Shown here piece after piece: positions 37,669 through 48,481 of a stretch of DNA of 64,000 nucleotides; within the stretch, counting starts at the first letter, position 1; each line of letters begins with the position of its first letter. The DNA comes from Acidimicrobiia bacterium (GTDB lineage: Bacteria > Actinomycetota > Acidimicrobiia > Spongiisociales > UBA11373), in NCBI GenBank assembly GCA_035291545.1, contig DATDRW010000069.1:2348-66347 (forward strand), given 5' to 3'. Made by a program: the position numbers and the translations under genes. Below the pieces are notes generated by a model that saw only the letters and a program-made list of their open reading frames with translations, did not search any database and was not told where the DNA came from.

Positions 37669-40600
37669 ATGAGCGACCGGACACCGTTCCAGCGGGTGCC
37701 CTCCGAGGTTTCGTTCCCCGAGCAAGAACGCGCCGTCCTCGACCTCTGGGACCGTCTCGACGCGTTCGCGGTGTCGGTGGAAAGCCGACCCGCCGATAGC
37801 GAGTTCACCTTCTACGACGGACCCCCCTTCCCCACCGGGAGCCCGCACTACGGCAATCTCCTCGCAGGTGTCCTCAAGGACATCGTTCCCCGCTACTGGA
37901 CGATGCGTGGCCATCGCGTCGTACGCCGCTTCGGATGGGACACGCACGGACTTCCGATCGAGCTCGAGGTGCAGAGGGAACTCGGGCTGGCGAGTCCCTC
38001 CGAGATCGTCGAGTACGGCGTGGCACGGTTCAACGAGGCCTGCCGCCGACGCGTGATGGCCAACACCGAGTCGTGGCAGTCGATCACCAGGCGGATCGGC
38101 CGCTGGGTCGACTTCGCCGACGACTACAAGACCATGGACCCCGACTTCATGGAGTCGGTGTGGTGGGTGTTCAAGCGGCTGTGGGACCAGGGTCTGGTCT
38201 ACAAAGCGTTCAAGGTCCTGCCCTACTCCTACGGCGCCGCCACCCCCCTGTCCAACAACGAGGTCAACCTCGGCGGGTATCGGGACGTCGAGGACCCGTC
38301 GCTCACCCTTCGGCTCGTGGTAACCGCGGGCGCGGGCCCGGCCGTGCCCGGAGATGTCTTGTTGGTGTGGACTACCACCCCCTGGACCATCCCGTCGAAT
38401 CTCGGGGTGCAGGTCGGCCCCGAGATTCAGTATGTGCGCGTCACCACGCCGCTCGGCGGCGCGCCGGGCCCGTACTGGGTCGCGGCCGATCGCGTCTCCG
38501 CCTACTGGCCCGGGGGGGCCGACACTTCGGCCGACGCCCAAGGTTCCGAACTGATCGGGACCCGCTACTCGCCCGCGCTTCCCTACTTCGCCGACCTCGC
38601 CGAACGCGGCGCCTTCGTGGTCGTTGCCGGGCCCGAGGTGTCCACCACTGAGGGCACCGGGTTGGTCCACACCTCCCCCGCCCACGGAGAGGCCGACTTC
38701 GAGGCGTTCCAGGCGGCCGGACTCGTCGACCTGCTCGTGGACCCCGTAGACGAAGTGGGGCGGTTCACCGACGCCGTCCCCGAGGTCGCCGGGATGAATG
38801 TCAAGGACGCCGACCCGATCCTGGTGCGCATGCTCGCCGAACGGGGAGCGCTCGCTCGCAGCGAGCGAATTGTGCACTCCTATCCCTTCTGTTGGCGCAC
38901 CGACACCCCGATCATCTACAAGGCGATCCCCACCTGGTTCGTTGCCGTCGAACGGATCCGGGACCGAATGGCGGCCCTGAACGAAACCATCCACTGGGTG
39001 CCCGATCACGTCGGGAGCCGCCGGTTCGGGAACTGGCTGGCGAACGCCCGCGACTGGGCGATCAGCCGCAACCGCTTCTGGGGATCGTGCATCCCGGTGT
39101 GGGAGTGCGACCGGGCCGAACACCGGGAATGCATCGGCAGCCTCGATGAACTCGAGGCGCGATCGGGGACGCGTCCCGACGACCTGCACAAACACGTGAT
39201 CGACGCCATCGAGTTCCCCTGTCGGCAGTGTCCCGGGACGATGCGTCGCATCCCCGAGATCCTCGACGGGTGGTTTGAATCGGGTGCCATGCCCTACGGG
39301 CAGAACCACTACCCGTTCGAGGACAAGGAACGGTTCGAACGGGGCTTCCCGGCTCACTTCATCGCCGAGGGGCTCGACCAGACCCGGGGTTGGTTCTACA
39401 CCCTCATGGTCCACGCCACCGCGTTGTTCGACTCGATCCCGTTCCGCAACTGCGTCGTCAACGGACTGATCCTCGCCGAGGACGGCCGCAAGATGTCCAA
39501 GAGCCTCAAGAACTACCCCGATCCCCTCGGTCTCATCGAGTCGACCGGCGCCGACGCTCTCCGCGCCTACCTCATCAACTCGCCCGTGATGAGGGCGGAG
39601 CCGCTGCGATTCTCCGAGCGTGGAGTCCGCGAGGTGGTGCGCACCGTCATGCTCCCCTACTGGAACGCCTACTCGTTCTTCACGACCTACGCCGCAGCCG
39701 AGGGTCTCACCACGGCCGATTTGGCGGCGGCGCCCCAACCGGCGAACCGGCCCGAAGTCGATCGCTGGATCCTTTCGGTGCTGCAGAGCCTGGTGAGGCG
39801 GGTGAACCACGAGATGGAGGGCTACTACCTCTACAACGTCGTGCCGCCGCTGATCGACTTCGTCGACCACCTCACCAACTGGTACATCCGGCGGTCCCGT
39901 CGCCGGTTCTGGACCAGCCGTACCGACGCACGAGACGACGCCCTCGCCGCCTTCGCCACCCTGTACGAGGTCCTGGTGACCTTCGCCGAACTCATGGCCC
40001 CGGTGCTCCCCTTCGTGACCGAGACCATGTACCAGGACCTGGTCGTCGCCCACCGCGGCGCCGCCGCCGGCCCTGCCAGCGTGCACCACGAGGACTACCC
40101 ACAGGCCGATCCGTCACTGATCGACGTGAAACTGGAGGAGGCGATGGCGGTCGTCCGCCGTGTCGTCGGACTGGGTCGCGGCCTTCGAGTTGCCGAGGCG
40201 ATCCGCACCCGTCAGCCGCTGGCGCGGCTCATGGTGGTCAGCCACGATCCGGCGATCCGGGCCGCGGTCGCCGACCATGCCTCGCTGCTGATGGAGGAGC
40301 TCAATGTCAGAGCCGTCGTGACCTCCGAGGACGAGACGGCACTCGCCGACGTCAGCGCCAAGGCCAACTACCGCACCCTCGGGCCTCGCTTCGGCGCCCG
40401 CATGCCCCAGATGGCGGCAGCGGTCGCCGCCCTGACCTCCGAGCAGGTCGCCGCCGCACTGGCAGCGGGCTCCGTCGTGGTCGCCGGCGAGCCCCTGTCG
40501 GCGGCCGACCTCGTCGTCGACCGGGCCCCCCACACCGGACTCGTGGTGTCCGCCGGGGACGGGTTGGCGGTTGCCCTCGATACGGTGATCACGCCGGAAC

Positions 40601-40854
40601 TAGCGCTCGAGGGCACCGCCCGCGAGGTCGTCAAACTGGTGCAGGCGGCGCGGCGCGCCGCCGGCCTCGACGTGTCCGACCGGATCGTGCTGCGCTGGTC
40701 GTCTCCCTCGACTCAGGTCGCCGAAGTGATGGCGCGCCACGGAGCGTGGATCGCCGGCGAGGTCCTGGCGGTCGCAATCGAAGCGGCGACAGCGGGCGGG
40801 GAGCCGCTCGACGCCGCCGGCGAACCGATCACGCTGGCGATCGCACGCGCCTGA
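37669..40854 (+). CDS. ileS: Isoleucine--tRNA ligase
   Basis: The 1061-aa ORF has HYGN (the HIGH motif), KMSKS and the class I editing domain. Confidence 0.95.
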   Translation: MSDRTPFQRVPSEVSFPEQERAVLDLWDRLDAFAVSVESRPADSEFTFYDGPPFPTGSPHYGNLLAGVLKDIVPRYWTMRGHRVVRRFGWDTHGLPIELEVQRELGLASPSEIVEYGVARFNEACRRRVMANTESWQSITRRIGRWVDFADDYKTMDPDFMESVWWVFKRLWDQGLVYKAFKVLPYSYGAATPLSNNEVNLGGYRDVEDPSLTLRLVVTAGAGPAVPGDVLLVWTTTPWTIPSNLGVQVGPEIQYVRVTTPLGGAPGPYWVAADRVSAYWPGGADTSADAQGSELIGTRYSPALPYFADLAERGAFVVVAGPEVSTTEGTGLVHTSPAHGEADFEAFQAAGLVDLLVDPVDEVGRFTDAVPEVAGMNVKDADPILVRMLAERGALARSERIVHSYPFCWRTDTPIIYKAIPTWFVAVERIRDRMAALNETIHWVPDHVGSRRFGNWLANARDWAISRNRFWGSCIPVWECDRAEHRECIGSLDELEARSGTRPDDLHKHVIDAIEFPCRQCPGTMRRIPEILDGWFESGAMPYGQNHYPFEDKERFERGFPAHFIAEGLDQTRGWFYTLMVHATALFDSIPFRNCVVNGLILAEDGRKMSKSLKNYPDPLGLIESTGADALRAYLINSPVMRAEPLRFSERGVREVVRTVMLPYWNAYSFFTTYAAAEGLTTADLAAAPQPANRPEVDRWILSVLQSLVRRVNHEMEGYYLYNVVPPLIDFVDHLTNWYIRRSRRRFWTSRTDARDDALAAFATLYEVLVTFAELMAPVLPFVTETMYQDLVVAHRGAAAGPASVHHEDYPQADPSLIDVKLEEAMAVVRRVVGLGRGLRVAEAIRTRQPLARLMVVSHDPAIRAAVADHASLLMEELNVRAVVTSEDETALADVSAKANYRTLGPRFGARMPQMAAAVAALTSEQVAAALAAGSVVVAGEPLSAADLVVDRAPHTGLVVSAGDGLAVALDTVITPELALEGTAREVVKLVQAARRAAGLDVSDRIVLRWSSPSTQVAEVMARHGAWIAGEVLAVAIEAATAGGEPLDAAGEPITLAIARA

Positions 40855-40909
40855 GAACGACCATCGCGAGGCCGCGGAGATCAAGGCCGATCGACGCACC
40901 CTCCCCGCG

Positions 40910-41161
40910 TCAGCAGATCACCCCGGCGAGCAGGCTGAGCCCGAGCACGAGTACGAGTGGGGAGAGGTCGAGGCCGACATCCCCCATGCGGATCGGGGGA
41001 ACCACCGCCCGCAACGGACGGAGCAGAGGCTCGGTGACCGCGCGCAGTACCGACCGGACCCGCGCCACCGGATGGTCGAAGGAAACCGGAATCCACTCCA
41101 AGACGATGCGAGCGAAGACGACGATGGCGTACGCCTGAATGAGGAAACAGATCACCGACAC
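40910..41161 (-). CDS. yggT: YggT-family membrane protein
   Basis: The 83-aa ORF has two transmembrane segments, and the pattern IVVFARIVLEWIP is typical of YGGT. Confidence 0.7.
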   Translation of the reverse strand: MSVICFLIQAYAIVVFARIVLEWIPVSFDHPVARVRSVLRAVTEPLLRPLRAVVPPIRMGDVGLDLSPLVLVLGLSLLAGVIC

Positions 41162-41164
41162 CCG

Positions 41165-41911
41165 TCAGCCTTCTTCAGATGCCTGGTAATAGCCGAGTTC
41201 CGTGAGGCGGCGCCGCTCCTCGCGGCTGATGTTGACGCTCGCCGGGGTGACGAGCACGACTCCCTGGCCGATCTTGCGCATCGACCCACCCAGCGCGTAG
41301 GTGAGGCCGCTGGAGAAGTCCACGAGACGGCGCACCATCGCCGGCTCGACCTTGCGCAGATCGAGTACCACCGGGACGCTCGCCCGGATGTGATCCGCCA
41401 GCACCTGGGCGTCGTTGTAGGACCGGGCGACGATGACCTGCGACTCCGGATCGGCACTACTCATCGACCGCGCCGGCGGGCGATCAGGCGGCTGGACCAC
41501 CACCCCGGCATCGGTGAGGGCCCGATCCGCCATCGGCCGGCGCTTCGGCGCCATGGGCGGCTCGACCCGCCGACCCTGCACCGTGGGATAGCCGGCCCGG
41601 ATCACCTGGGGCTCGCGCGGGGCACTCCCGACCGCCCGATGCGGCCCGGAGCCCGGAGAGACCTGGACCCGCGACGCGTCCGGCGGCTCCTCGGCGTGAT
41701 ACGCCCCCTTGCTCCGCATCGGTCGCGCCGGCTCGGCGGCGGGCTCCTGCGTCCGCGGTGGACGTTGCATCGTCGGGCCGGGTGGCTCGGAGGCGGGAGC
41801 GGAAGGCCGCCGGGGCTCGGGGCGGGCTCGCGACGTCTCGGGTTCATCGATCCCGACCCGATCCTCATCGACGAGTCCAAGATAGAACATCGTCTTGTGC
41901 CACAAGCCCAT
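41165..41911 (-). CDS. sepF: Cell division protein SepF
   Basis: It has the N-terminus MGLWHKTMFYLGL, a Pro-rich linker and a C-terminal SepF domain (VIVARSYNDAQVLADHIRASVPVVLDL). Confidence 0.85.
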   Translation of the reverse strand: MGLWHKTMFYLGLVDEDRVGIDEPETSRARPEPRRPSAPASEPPGPTMQRPPRTQEPAAEPARPMRSKGAYHAEEPPDASRVQVSPGSGPHRAVGSAPREPQVIRAGYPTVQGRRVEPPMAPKRRPMADRALTDAGVVVQPPDRPPARSMSSADPESQVIVARSYNDAQVLADHIRASVPVVLDLRKVEPAMVRRLVDFSSGLTYALGGSMRKIGQGVVLVTPASVNISREERRRLTELGYYQASEEG

Positions 41912-41916
41912 TGGCC

Positions 41917-42585
41917 TCAACCCTCTTCCGGGGATACTCGAAAGATAGCCCGTCCGACACGCAAGATTGTTGCACCCTCCTCGACTGCGACTTCGAAGTC
42001 GTCGGTCATTCCCATCGACAGCTCCGTGAGGGTCGGGAACTCACCGCGCAAGCGATCGCGGAGCTCGCGCAGCGCGGCGAAATGCGGCCGCGCCGCTTCA
42101 CCGCTGGTGGCGAGCGGTGGGATCGTCATCAAGCCGCGCACGTCGATGCCCATACCGAGCGCGGCGTCGATGAGTGGGGCGGCATCGCCCGGGAAGACCC
42201 CCGCCTTCTGCGGCTCCCCGGACACGTTGACCTGCACCAGGGCCGGAGGAGAAACGCCGCCGCCGCGAACCCAGGAGGAGGCGAGCTCGAGCCGGTCGAG
42301 GGAGTGGAGCAGGTGTACGACCGGGCGGACCCGCGGCACCTTGTTCGTCTGCAGACGTCCCACGAAATGCCAGCGTATGTCACCGGGTAGCCGCGGAACC
42401 CGGTCGGTGAGATCGTGGGCGCGGTTCTCGCCGAAGTCGCGCACACCCGCCTCGTGCGCCGCGAGCACCGCACCATCGGAAGCACTCTTGCTCACGGCCA
42501 CCACGACCACCGATGCGGGAGCGCGGCCGCTGCGAGCCGCCGCAGCAGCCACCCGCAGGCGAACCGAGCTCAGTCCGGTATCCAT
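41917..42585 (-). CDS. yggS: YggS-family PLP homeostasis protein
   Basis: It has the PLP lysine context VVVAVSKSA and FVGRLQTNK, with an alanine-racemase N-terminal fold. Confidence 0.85.
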   Translation of the reverse strand: MDTGLSSVRLRVAAAAARSGRAPASVVVVAVSKSASDGAVLAAHEAGVRDFGENRAHDLTDRVPRLPGDIRWHFVGRLQTNKVPRVRPVVHLLHSLDRLELASSWVRGGGVSPPALVQVNVSGEPQKAGVFPGDAAPLIDAALGMGIDVRGLMTIPPLATSGEAARPHFAALRELRDRLRGEFPTLTELSMGMTDDFEVAVEEGATILRVGRAIFRVSPEEG

Positions 42586-43196
42586 GCCACCGTCACCTGC
42601 CGCTCCGTCGTCCCGTTCCTCCGGTATGAGTGGAACCCGTCATCCGACATCGTGCACGACTCGGCGACCCACACTTCGAGGCCCGCCAGATCCCTCCGGA
42701 TCGCCCGGCGCAGGTCGACACTCATCGTGCCCCAGGTGGTGAGAGCCTCGCACCCCGGCAACCGCGCCGCCACCTCGGCCCCGACCTCGAAGCAACAGGG
42801 CCCGATACCGGGACCGATCGCAGCCGTGTTCGGCGCACCTCCTGCCGCCGTCATCGCGGCGCGCAATGTCCGCACCACTCCGTCGGCGGCGCCCCTCCAT
42901 CCGGCGTGAGCGATCCCGACGATCCCATCTCCCACGAGCACGATCGGGAAGCAGTCGGCAGTCCCCACCGCCAGCGGGAGCCCGGGAACCTTGGTGTACG
43001 CGGCGTCTGCCTCACCGAGGACGCCGGCTGCGGTGGCGCAGACCACCGTCGCGCCGTGCACCTGGCGCATCCAGGCCCAGTCGGGAACGACTCCGGCGGC
43101 GGCGGAGAGACGCCGGCGCGCACGCTCGTCGCGACGGGCATCACCGTCGGAGGCGGTTCCGAACACCACCCCGGGCACGGTCCCGGGGCGGATCAT
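42570..43196 (-). CDS. pgeF: YfiH/PgeF-family purine nucleoside phosphorylase and laccase-domain protein
   Basis: It has TADCFPIVL and [12 protein letters not shown] 43196 overlaps the ftsZ stop as ATGA. Confidence 0.8.
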   Translation of the reverse strand: MIRPGTVPGVVFGTASDGDARRDERARRRLSAAAGVVPDWAWMRQVHGATVVCATAAGVLGEADAAYTKVPGLPLAVGTADCFPIVLVGDGIVGIAHAGWRGAADGVVRTLRAAMTAAGGAPNTAAIGPGIGPCCFEVGAEVAARLPGCEALTTWGTMSVDLRRAIRRDLAGLEVWVAESCTMSDDGFHSYRRNGTTERQVTVAWIPD

Positions 43197-44314
43197 CCCT
43201 GAAGGAAGTCGGGGATCTCCAGGTCGTCGAGGGCGTCGCCGCCGGTGTCGGGCCAAGGCGCCGGCGTACGCTCGGCGCTCCCCTCGGAGCGCGGTCCGGC
43301 GGAGATCTCCACCGATGGAGAGCGGAAGCGCGTCCGGTCGACGCCGCCTCCCGTCGATGCGGGGCGTCCAAACCCGGCGGCGATCACCGTCACACGGATG
43401 ACCTCACCGAGGCTGTCGTCCACGGTCGCCCCGAAGATGACGTTGGCGTCCGGGGTGCAATTCTGGGCGATCGCGGTGGCGGCCTCGTTCACCTCGTGCA
43501 GGGTCATCGCCGACGAGCCCGCCACGGACAGCAGGACCCCACTCGCACCCTCGACACCGTTCTCGAGCATCGGAGAGGACATCGCCTTCGCCGCCGCCTG
43601 AGCGGCCCGGTTCTCCCCCGTCGCCTTCCCGATGCCCATGACCGCGGTACCGGCACCCCACATGACGGATTTGATGTCGGCGAAGTCGACATTGATCAGC
43701 CCGGGCGTCGTGATGAGATCGGTGATGCCGCCGACCCCGTGCAACAACACCTCATCGGCCATGATGAAGGCATCCAGCATCGACGTCTGCGTATCGGCCT
43801 GCTCGAGGAGGCGCTGGTTCGGGATCACGATCAGGGTGTCGACCACATTGCGCATGTTGGCGATCCCCTGTTCCGCCTGAAGCGACCGCCGACGGCCCTC
43901 GAACCCAAACGGCCTGGTCACCACCGCTACGGTGAGCGCCCCGATGCTCCGTGCCACCTCGGCCACGATGGGGGCCGCCCCGGTACCGGTGCCACCTCCC
44001 TCTCCGGCCGTGATGAAGACCATGTCGGCGCCACGCAGTGCATCCTCGATGTCGTCACGATGCGCATCGGCGGCAGCCTTTCCCACTTCGGGGTCGGCGC
44101 CTGCTCCGAGTCCACGAGTCAGTTCGCGCCCGATGTCCAGCTTCACGTCGGCGTCGGACATGAGCAGGGCCTGCGCGTCGGTGTTCACCGCGATGAACTC
44201 GACGCCGCGCAGGCCGGCCTCGATCATCCGGTTGAGCGCATTGACACCGCCTCCGCCGACACCGACGATCTTGATGACGGCCAGGTAGCTCTGGAGTCCA
44301 TCGTTCGACGTCAC
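43193..44314 (-). CDS. ftsZ: Cell division GTPase FtsZ
   Basis: It has the tubulin signature [10 protein letters not shown] and [13 protein letters not shown]. Confidence 0.97.
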   Translation of the reverse strand: MTSNDGLQSYLAVIKIVGVGGGGVNALNRMIEAGLRGVEFIAVNTDAQALLMSDADVKLDIGRELTRGLGAGADPEVGKAAADAHRDDIEDALRGADMVFITAGEGGGTGTGAAPIVAEVARSIGALTVAVVTRPFGFEGRRRSLQAEQGIANMRNVVDTLIVIPNQRLLEQADTQTSMLDAFIMADEVLLHGVGGITDLITTPGLINVDFADIKSVMWGAGTAVMGIGKATGENRAAQAAAKAMSSPMLENGVEGASGVLLSVAGSSAMTLHEVNEAATAIAQNCTPDANVIFGATVDDSLGEVIRVTVIAAGFGRPASTGGGVDRTRFRSPSVEISAGPRSEGSAERTPAPWPDTGGDALDDLEIPDFLQG

Positions 44315-44402
44315 GTTGCGGCCTCCTCGGGCAAAACTTAGACCTGTCGGGTCCTCGCCCGATGGGAACGCGAAAAAGGATAGTCGGGCCTCGACCGAAA
44401 CA

Positions 44403-45161
44403 TCACACCTCGTTGTCGGAACCCTCGACGGCAGCTTGAGGACTGGTCGTCTCCGTACCGTCGTTGATCGCGGGGCGCAGGGGTGACGACACGTCGATCG
44501 TCGCGCCGAAGGGGATTTCCACCTGAAGGAGGGCGAGCAGGGTGCGCCCCTTGTCGGCGAGGTCGATGGGGTACCCGAGCCGCACGGGATGGCCGGACGT
44601 CTCGGTCCACAACTCGGTGCCGCGAAGCTCGACGGTCATGGTGCCCCCGATGTCGTCGCGCAAGGTGTTGGCGAGATCGACGATCTCGCCCCAGGTCGGG
44701 TCGGCCGGCCGGTCACCCGGCACCAGATCGGGGAAGGCGAGCGCGGCCCGCAGATGTCCGCCACCGGGCGCCTCCCCGGTATCGAGCACAGTCCCGTCGG
44801 AGGCGACCAGCATCCAGGTGGTGATCCCCTCGATCCACGCCACCGGCACCCGCTCGAGCACCTCGACGACGAGCCGATCCGGCCACACCCGCTCCACGCG
44901 GACGTCGGCTACCCAAGGGTCGGCGGCGACGGCCCGCGCGACGCGCCCGGTGTCGACCCAGATCAGGATCGCACCTTCGCCGATCCCGGCTTCGGCGATG
45001 AACGGCGCAGGATCGGCATGCACCGCCCCGACGATCTCGATCTCGTGCAACGCCAACCACGGCGAGTGGAGGGCGAAACCGGCGGCGGCGACGAGCGCCG
45101 CCAGGGTCATCCACGGCCACACCCTGCGCCCCGGCTGCCCGGTGGTCGGCCCGTCGGTCAA
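44403..45161 (-). CDS. ftsQ: Cell division protein FtsQ
   Basis: It has a single transmembrane segment ([14 protein letters not shown]) and a POTRA/FtsQ periplasmic domain. The start is either TTG 45161, coupled to the murB stop as TTGA, or ATG 45110. Confidence 0.7.
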   Translation of the reverse strand: MTDGPTTGQPGRRVWPWMTLAALVAAAGFALHSPWLALHEIEIVGAVHADPAPFIAEAGIGEGAILIWVDTGRVARAVAADPWVADVRVERVWPDRLVVEVLERVPVAWIEGITTWMLVASDGTVLDTGEAPGGGHLRAALAFPDLVPGDRPADPTWGEIVDLANTLRDDIGGTMTVELRGTELWTETSGHPVRLGYPIDLADKGRTLLALLQVEIPFGATIDVSSPLRPAINDGTETTSPQAAVEGSDNEV

Positions 45162-46060
45162 TCGAACTCCCCCACAAACCGCAACTCCGGTTCGAGAACG
45201 ATGCCCGTCGACTCGTGGACCCGGCGTTGCACCTCGCCGACCAAGGCGTAGACGTCTGCGGCGGTGGCTCCGGCATCCGCCACGAAGAAGTTCGCATGGC
45301 GCATCGAAACCTCGACCGCACCGACGCGCAGGCCCTTGAGCCCGAGGGAGTCGATGATGCGCCCCGCGGCGTCCCCAGCTGGATTTTTGAAGACACTCCC
45401 GGCGTTGAGGGTCCCACCCGGCTGGGTCTCCTTCCGCCACCGGGTGATCTCGCGGATTCGCAACTCCGCCTCTTGCGGATCCACGGGATCCGTGTGAAAT
45501 CTCGCCGACACGACGACGTCTTCGTCGGAGAGGTTCGAGTGCCGATACGACAGCTCGAGGTCGGTCGGTGCGCGTTCTCCGACGGCCCCCGATCGGAGCG
45601 ACACGATCCGCGCCGTGATCAGCCGGGAACCGGTATCGCTTCCGTGGCAGCCGGCGTTCATCCGCACCGCTCCGCCGACGCTACCGGGGATTCCCACGAA
45701 GAACTCGAGGCCGCCCCGCCCGGCGCGGGCCGCCTCCCGGGCGAGCACCGGAAGCGGCACGGCTGCTCCTGCGGAGATGACGCCGCCGCGGTCCATGGTC
45801 CGTCGAGCGAATCCCGTCCCCTGCCGGATCACGACCCCGGCGAAACCGCGGTCGGAGACGACGACGTTGCTCCCCCGGCCGAGCACGAACACCGGCAGAT
45901 GCTCCTCGGCGGCGAGTCGGGCGGCGGCCACCAGGTCCTCCTCGGTCTCGGCCTCGACCAGGTATCGGGCCGGACCACCGAATCGGTAGGTGGTCAACGG
46001 GGCCAGCGGAACATCCTCTCGCAGCCTTGCGGCGGCTGCGAGCAGCTCTCGCGCGGTCAC
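45158..46060 (-). CDS. murB: UDP-N-acetylenolpyruvoylglucosamine reductase
   Basis: It has a FAD-binding N-terminus (TTYRFGGPARYL, GRGSNVVV) and a MurB C-terminal domain. Confidence 0.9.
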   Translation of the reverse strand: MTARELLAAAARLREDVPLAPLTTYRFGGPARYLVEAETEEDLVAAARLAAEEHLPVFVLGRGSNVVVSDRGFAGVVIRQGTGFARRTMDRGGVISAGAAVPLPVLAREAARAGRGGLEFFVGIPGSVGGAVRMNAGCHGSDTGSRLITARIVSLRSGAVGERAPTDLELSYRHSNLSDEDVVVSARFHTDPVDPQEAELRIREITRWRKETQPGGTLNAGSVFKNPAGDAAGRIIDSLGLKGLRVGAVEVSMRHANFFVADAGATAADVYALVGEVQRRVHESTGIVLEPELRFVGEFD

Positions 46061-47424
46061 GATCGATCGACCAGCAGCGGATTGATCTCGTCCGCCACCA
46101 GGGTGATGTCGCCGGCGCCCATGAGCAGCACCAGGTCGCCCGAGCGGACCGCATCGGCCACGGCTCGGGCCAGCTGACTCCGGCGCGGGACATACGTGGT
46201 CTCGGCACCGGCGGCGGCTGCTGCCTCCGCCACCACCCGCCCGGTGACCCCGGGAATGGGGGCTTCACCGGCGGCATACACGTCGGTGACGAACACCCGG
46301 TGCGCTCCCGCCAGAGCGCGCCCCAATGCCGCGCCGAGGTCGGCGGTGCGGGTGAAACGGTGCGGTTGGAAGACCGCCACCACCCGGTCCGGGTGGCCGA
46401 GCGTGGCGGCGGCAATGCTGGCAGTCACCTCGGTCGGGTGATGAGCGTAATCGTCGACCACAACGACTCCCCCAACCCGCCCCCGCACCTCGAAGCGGCG
46501 GCGCACCCCGGCGTACCCGCGCAAACCCTCGGCGGCTGCGGCAACGTCGATGCCCAGCTCACCGATGAGGGCGAGCGCTCCCGCGGCGTTGCGCGCCACG
46601 TGCTCGCCGGGTTTGGGAACGGCGACCGGCACCCGACCGGCGGGCCCCTCGAGCACGAATCCCACTGAGGACGGGCCGTGCTCCAGGAGCGTGACTCGCC
46701 AGCGGGCGTCGTCGGCCGTGCCGTATCCGATGACACCGGGCACGGAACCGGCGAGCCGGCGCCCCCCGGCATCGTCGAGACAGGCCACCACCGGGCCCTC
46801 CACGGCCCCGGCCACCCGGGAGAAGGCCGCCTCGAGCCGTTCGACGGTCCCGTAGTGATCGAGGTGGTCCGCCTCGACGTTGGTCACCACCAGTCCGCGC
46901 AGGTGCAAGCCGAGGAATGTCCCAAACGCCTCATCGGCCTCGAGGACGAACAGCTCCTCTTCGCCGAGGTGGGCATTCGTGTTGAGATCGACGAGCTCGC
47001 CGCCCACCATGAACGACGGGTCGCGACCGAGGGCACGCAGGGCGGCGACCAGCATCGCCGTGCTCGATGTCTTCCCGTGGGTGCCGGTGACACCGATCGT
47101 CGGCAGGCGTCGTGTGATCTCGTCGAGCAGCCTGGGTCGCTCCCACACCTCGACCCCGGCGGCCCTCGCCGCCGACAGCTCCGGATCCCGATCGGGAACC
47201 GCACTGGAGGCGACCACCAGATCCCAGGATCGCGCCGATTCGGGCCGGTGCCCGATCCAGGTCTCGATACCGGCCCCGTCGAGCGCCGAGAGCGCATGCC
47301 CCGGCTTGAGATCCGATCCCGTGACGCGGTGACCCGCCTGGGCGAGGATCTTGGCCAGACCCGACATGCCCACTCCGCCGGCTCCAACGATGTGGATGCG
47401 CCGCCGATCGAGGAGCTCAGCCAC
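46057..47424 (-). CDS. murC: UDP-N-acetylmuramate--L-alanine ligase
   Basis: It reads IHIVGAGGVGMSGLA and has the Mur ligase motif GTHGKTSST. Confidence 0.9.
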   Translation of the reverse strand: MAELLDRRRIHIVGAGGVGMSGLAKILAQAGHRVTGSDLKPGHALSALDGAGIETWIGHRPESARSWDLVVASSAVPDRDPELSAARAAGVEVWERPRLLDEITRRLPTIGVTGTHGKTSSTAMLVAALRALGRDPSFMVGGELVDLNTNAHLGEEELFVLEADEAFGTFLGLHLRGLVVTNVEADHLDHYGTVERLEAAFSRVAGAVEGPVVACLDDAGGRRLAGSVPGVIGYGTADDARWRVTLLEHGPSSVGFVLEGPAGRVPVAVPKPGEHVARNAAGALALIGELGIDVAAAAEGLRGYAGVRRRFEVRGRVGGVVVVDDYAHHPTEVTASIAAATLGHPDRVVAVFQPHRFTRTADLGAALGRALAGAHRVFVTDVYAAGEAPIPGVTGRVVAEAAAAAGAETTYVPRRSQLARAVADAVRSGDLVLLMGAGDITLVADEINPLLVDRS

Positions 47425-48481
47425 CGGCGACCCCGAGGAGGCGGGAGGCCACTAACCGGGAGGCGTCCGGCCTCGCCGTCGCCGCGCAAGCTCGTGCCAT
47501 GCCGGTGCGACCGGACTCGTCGGAAATCAGCCCGGCCACGACACCGGGGAGGCGCCGGATCTCATCCTGGGCGACGATCACCGCTCCGCCGACGGAGGTG
47601 AGTACCCGGGCATTGGCGACCTGACCGACCCGCTCGAGCGGGACGAACACCGCCGGTGTCGCCGTGGCGGCGAGCTCGCTCACCGTCATCGCACCGGCGC
47701 GGCACACGACGAGATCGACGGCGGCGTAGAAGTTCTGCATATGGGTCTCGAAGGGGAGCCTCACCCACGGTAGCGAGGGGTCGACGACCTTCCCGATGCC
47801 GTGCGCCTCGGGGCCGGTGAGATGGAGCACCGGGACTCCCGCCGCGGACACGATCCCGGCCGCAGCCTCATTCAGAGCCCGTGCCCCCAGCGAGCCGCCC
47901 AGGATTCCCACCACCGGGCCCTCCATGGGAAGACCGTAGGCCGACCGCGCCCGACCGCGGAGTGTGTTGCGGTCGAATGCGGCAAGGGCGGGCCGCAGGG
48001 GGTTGCCGACCACCTCGGATCGAGCCAGACGCTCCGCCTTTCCCGGGAGACCGAGCAGCGTCATGCGAGCGCGGCGGGCTCCGAAGCGCGCAGACAGCGT
48101 GGGGTCGGAGTTCTGCTCGTGAACCACAAAGGGCACGCCGGCCTGCCGTGCCGCCAGCGCCGCCGGGATCGTCACATAGCCGCTCATCGCCAGCACCACA
48201 GACACGCCGGACCGCCGCAGCACATCGGCCATCGCCGCCGCCGACCGCCGCACGACGATCGGGATGCGCAGATTCTCCACCGTGAACCGGCGGTGCAGCC
48301 TGGTGAGATCGAAGCCGACGAAGCGGTACCCGGCCTCGGGTACCGCTCTCGCCTCGAAGCGGTCGCCCCCGAGGAACAACAGGCTCTCCCGGGGTACCCC
48401 CCGCTCCTCGAGCGCCGCAGCGATGGAGAGTGCCGGATAGACGTGCCCCCCGGTACCGGCCGCGGCGATGGCCATCGTCAC
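47417..48481 (-). CDS. murG: UDP-GlcNAc:undecaprenyl-PP-MurNAc-pentapeptide GlcNAc transferase
   Basis: It reads AAAGTGGHVYPALSIA, a GT28 fold. It is the C-terminal 355 aa of ORF 47417..49438. The start (GTG or ATG) overlaps the ftsW stop. Confidence 0.9.
   Translation of the reverse strand: MTMAIAAAGTGGHVYPALSIAAALEERGVPRESLLFLGGDRFEARAVPEAGYRFVGFDLTRLHRRFTVENLRIPIVVRRSAAAMADVLRRSGVSVVLAMSGYVTIPAALAARQAGVPFVVHEQNSDPTLSARFGARRARMTLLGLPGKAERLARSEVVGNPLRPALAAFDRNTLRGRARSAYGLPMEGPVVGILGGSLGARALNEAAAGIVSAAGVPVLHLTGPEAHGIGKVVDPSLPWVRLPFETHMQNFYAAVDLVVCRAGAMTVSELAATATPAVFVPLERVGQVANARVLTSVGGAVIVAQDEIRRLPGVVAGLISDESGRTGMARACAATARPDASRLVASRLLGVAGG

Noticed and set aside
37507-40089. 860-aa minus-strand ORF and other long ORFs (39390..41138, 42866..44341, 54294..56576, 59324..60391) opposite ileS, ftsZ, ftsI and other genes
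   Set aside because: They are antisense to strongly supported genes and have non-protein-like composition.
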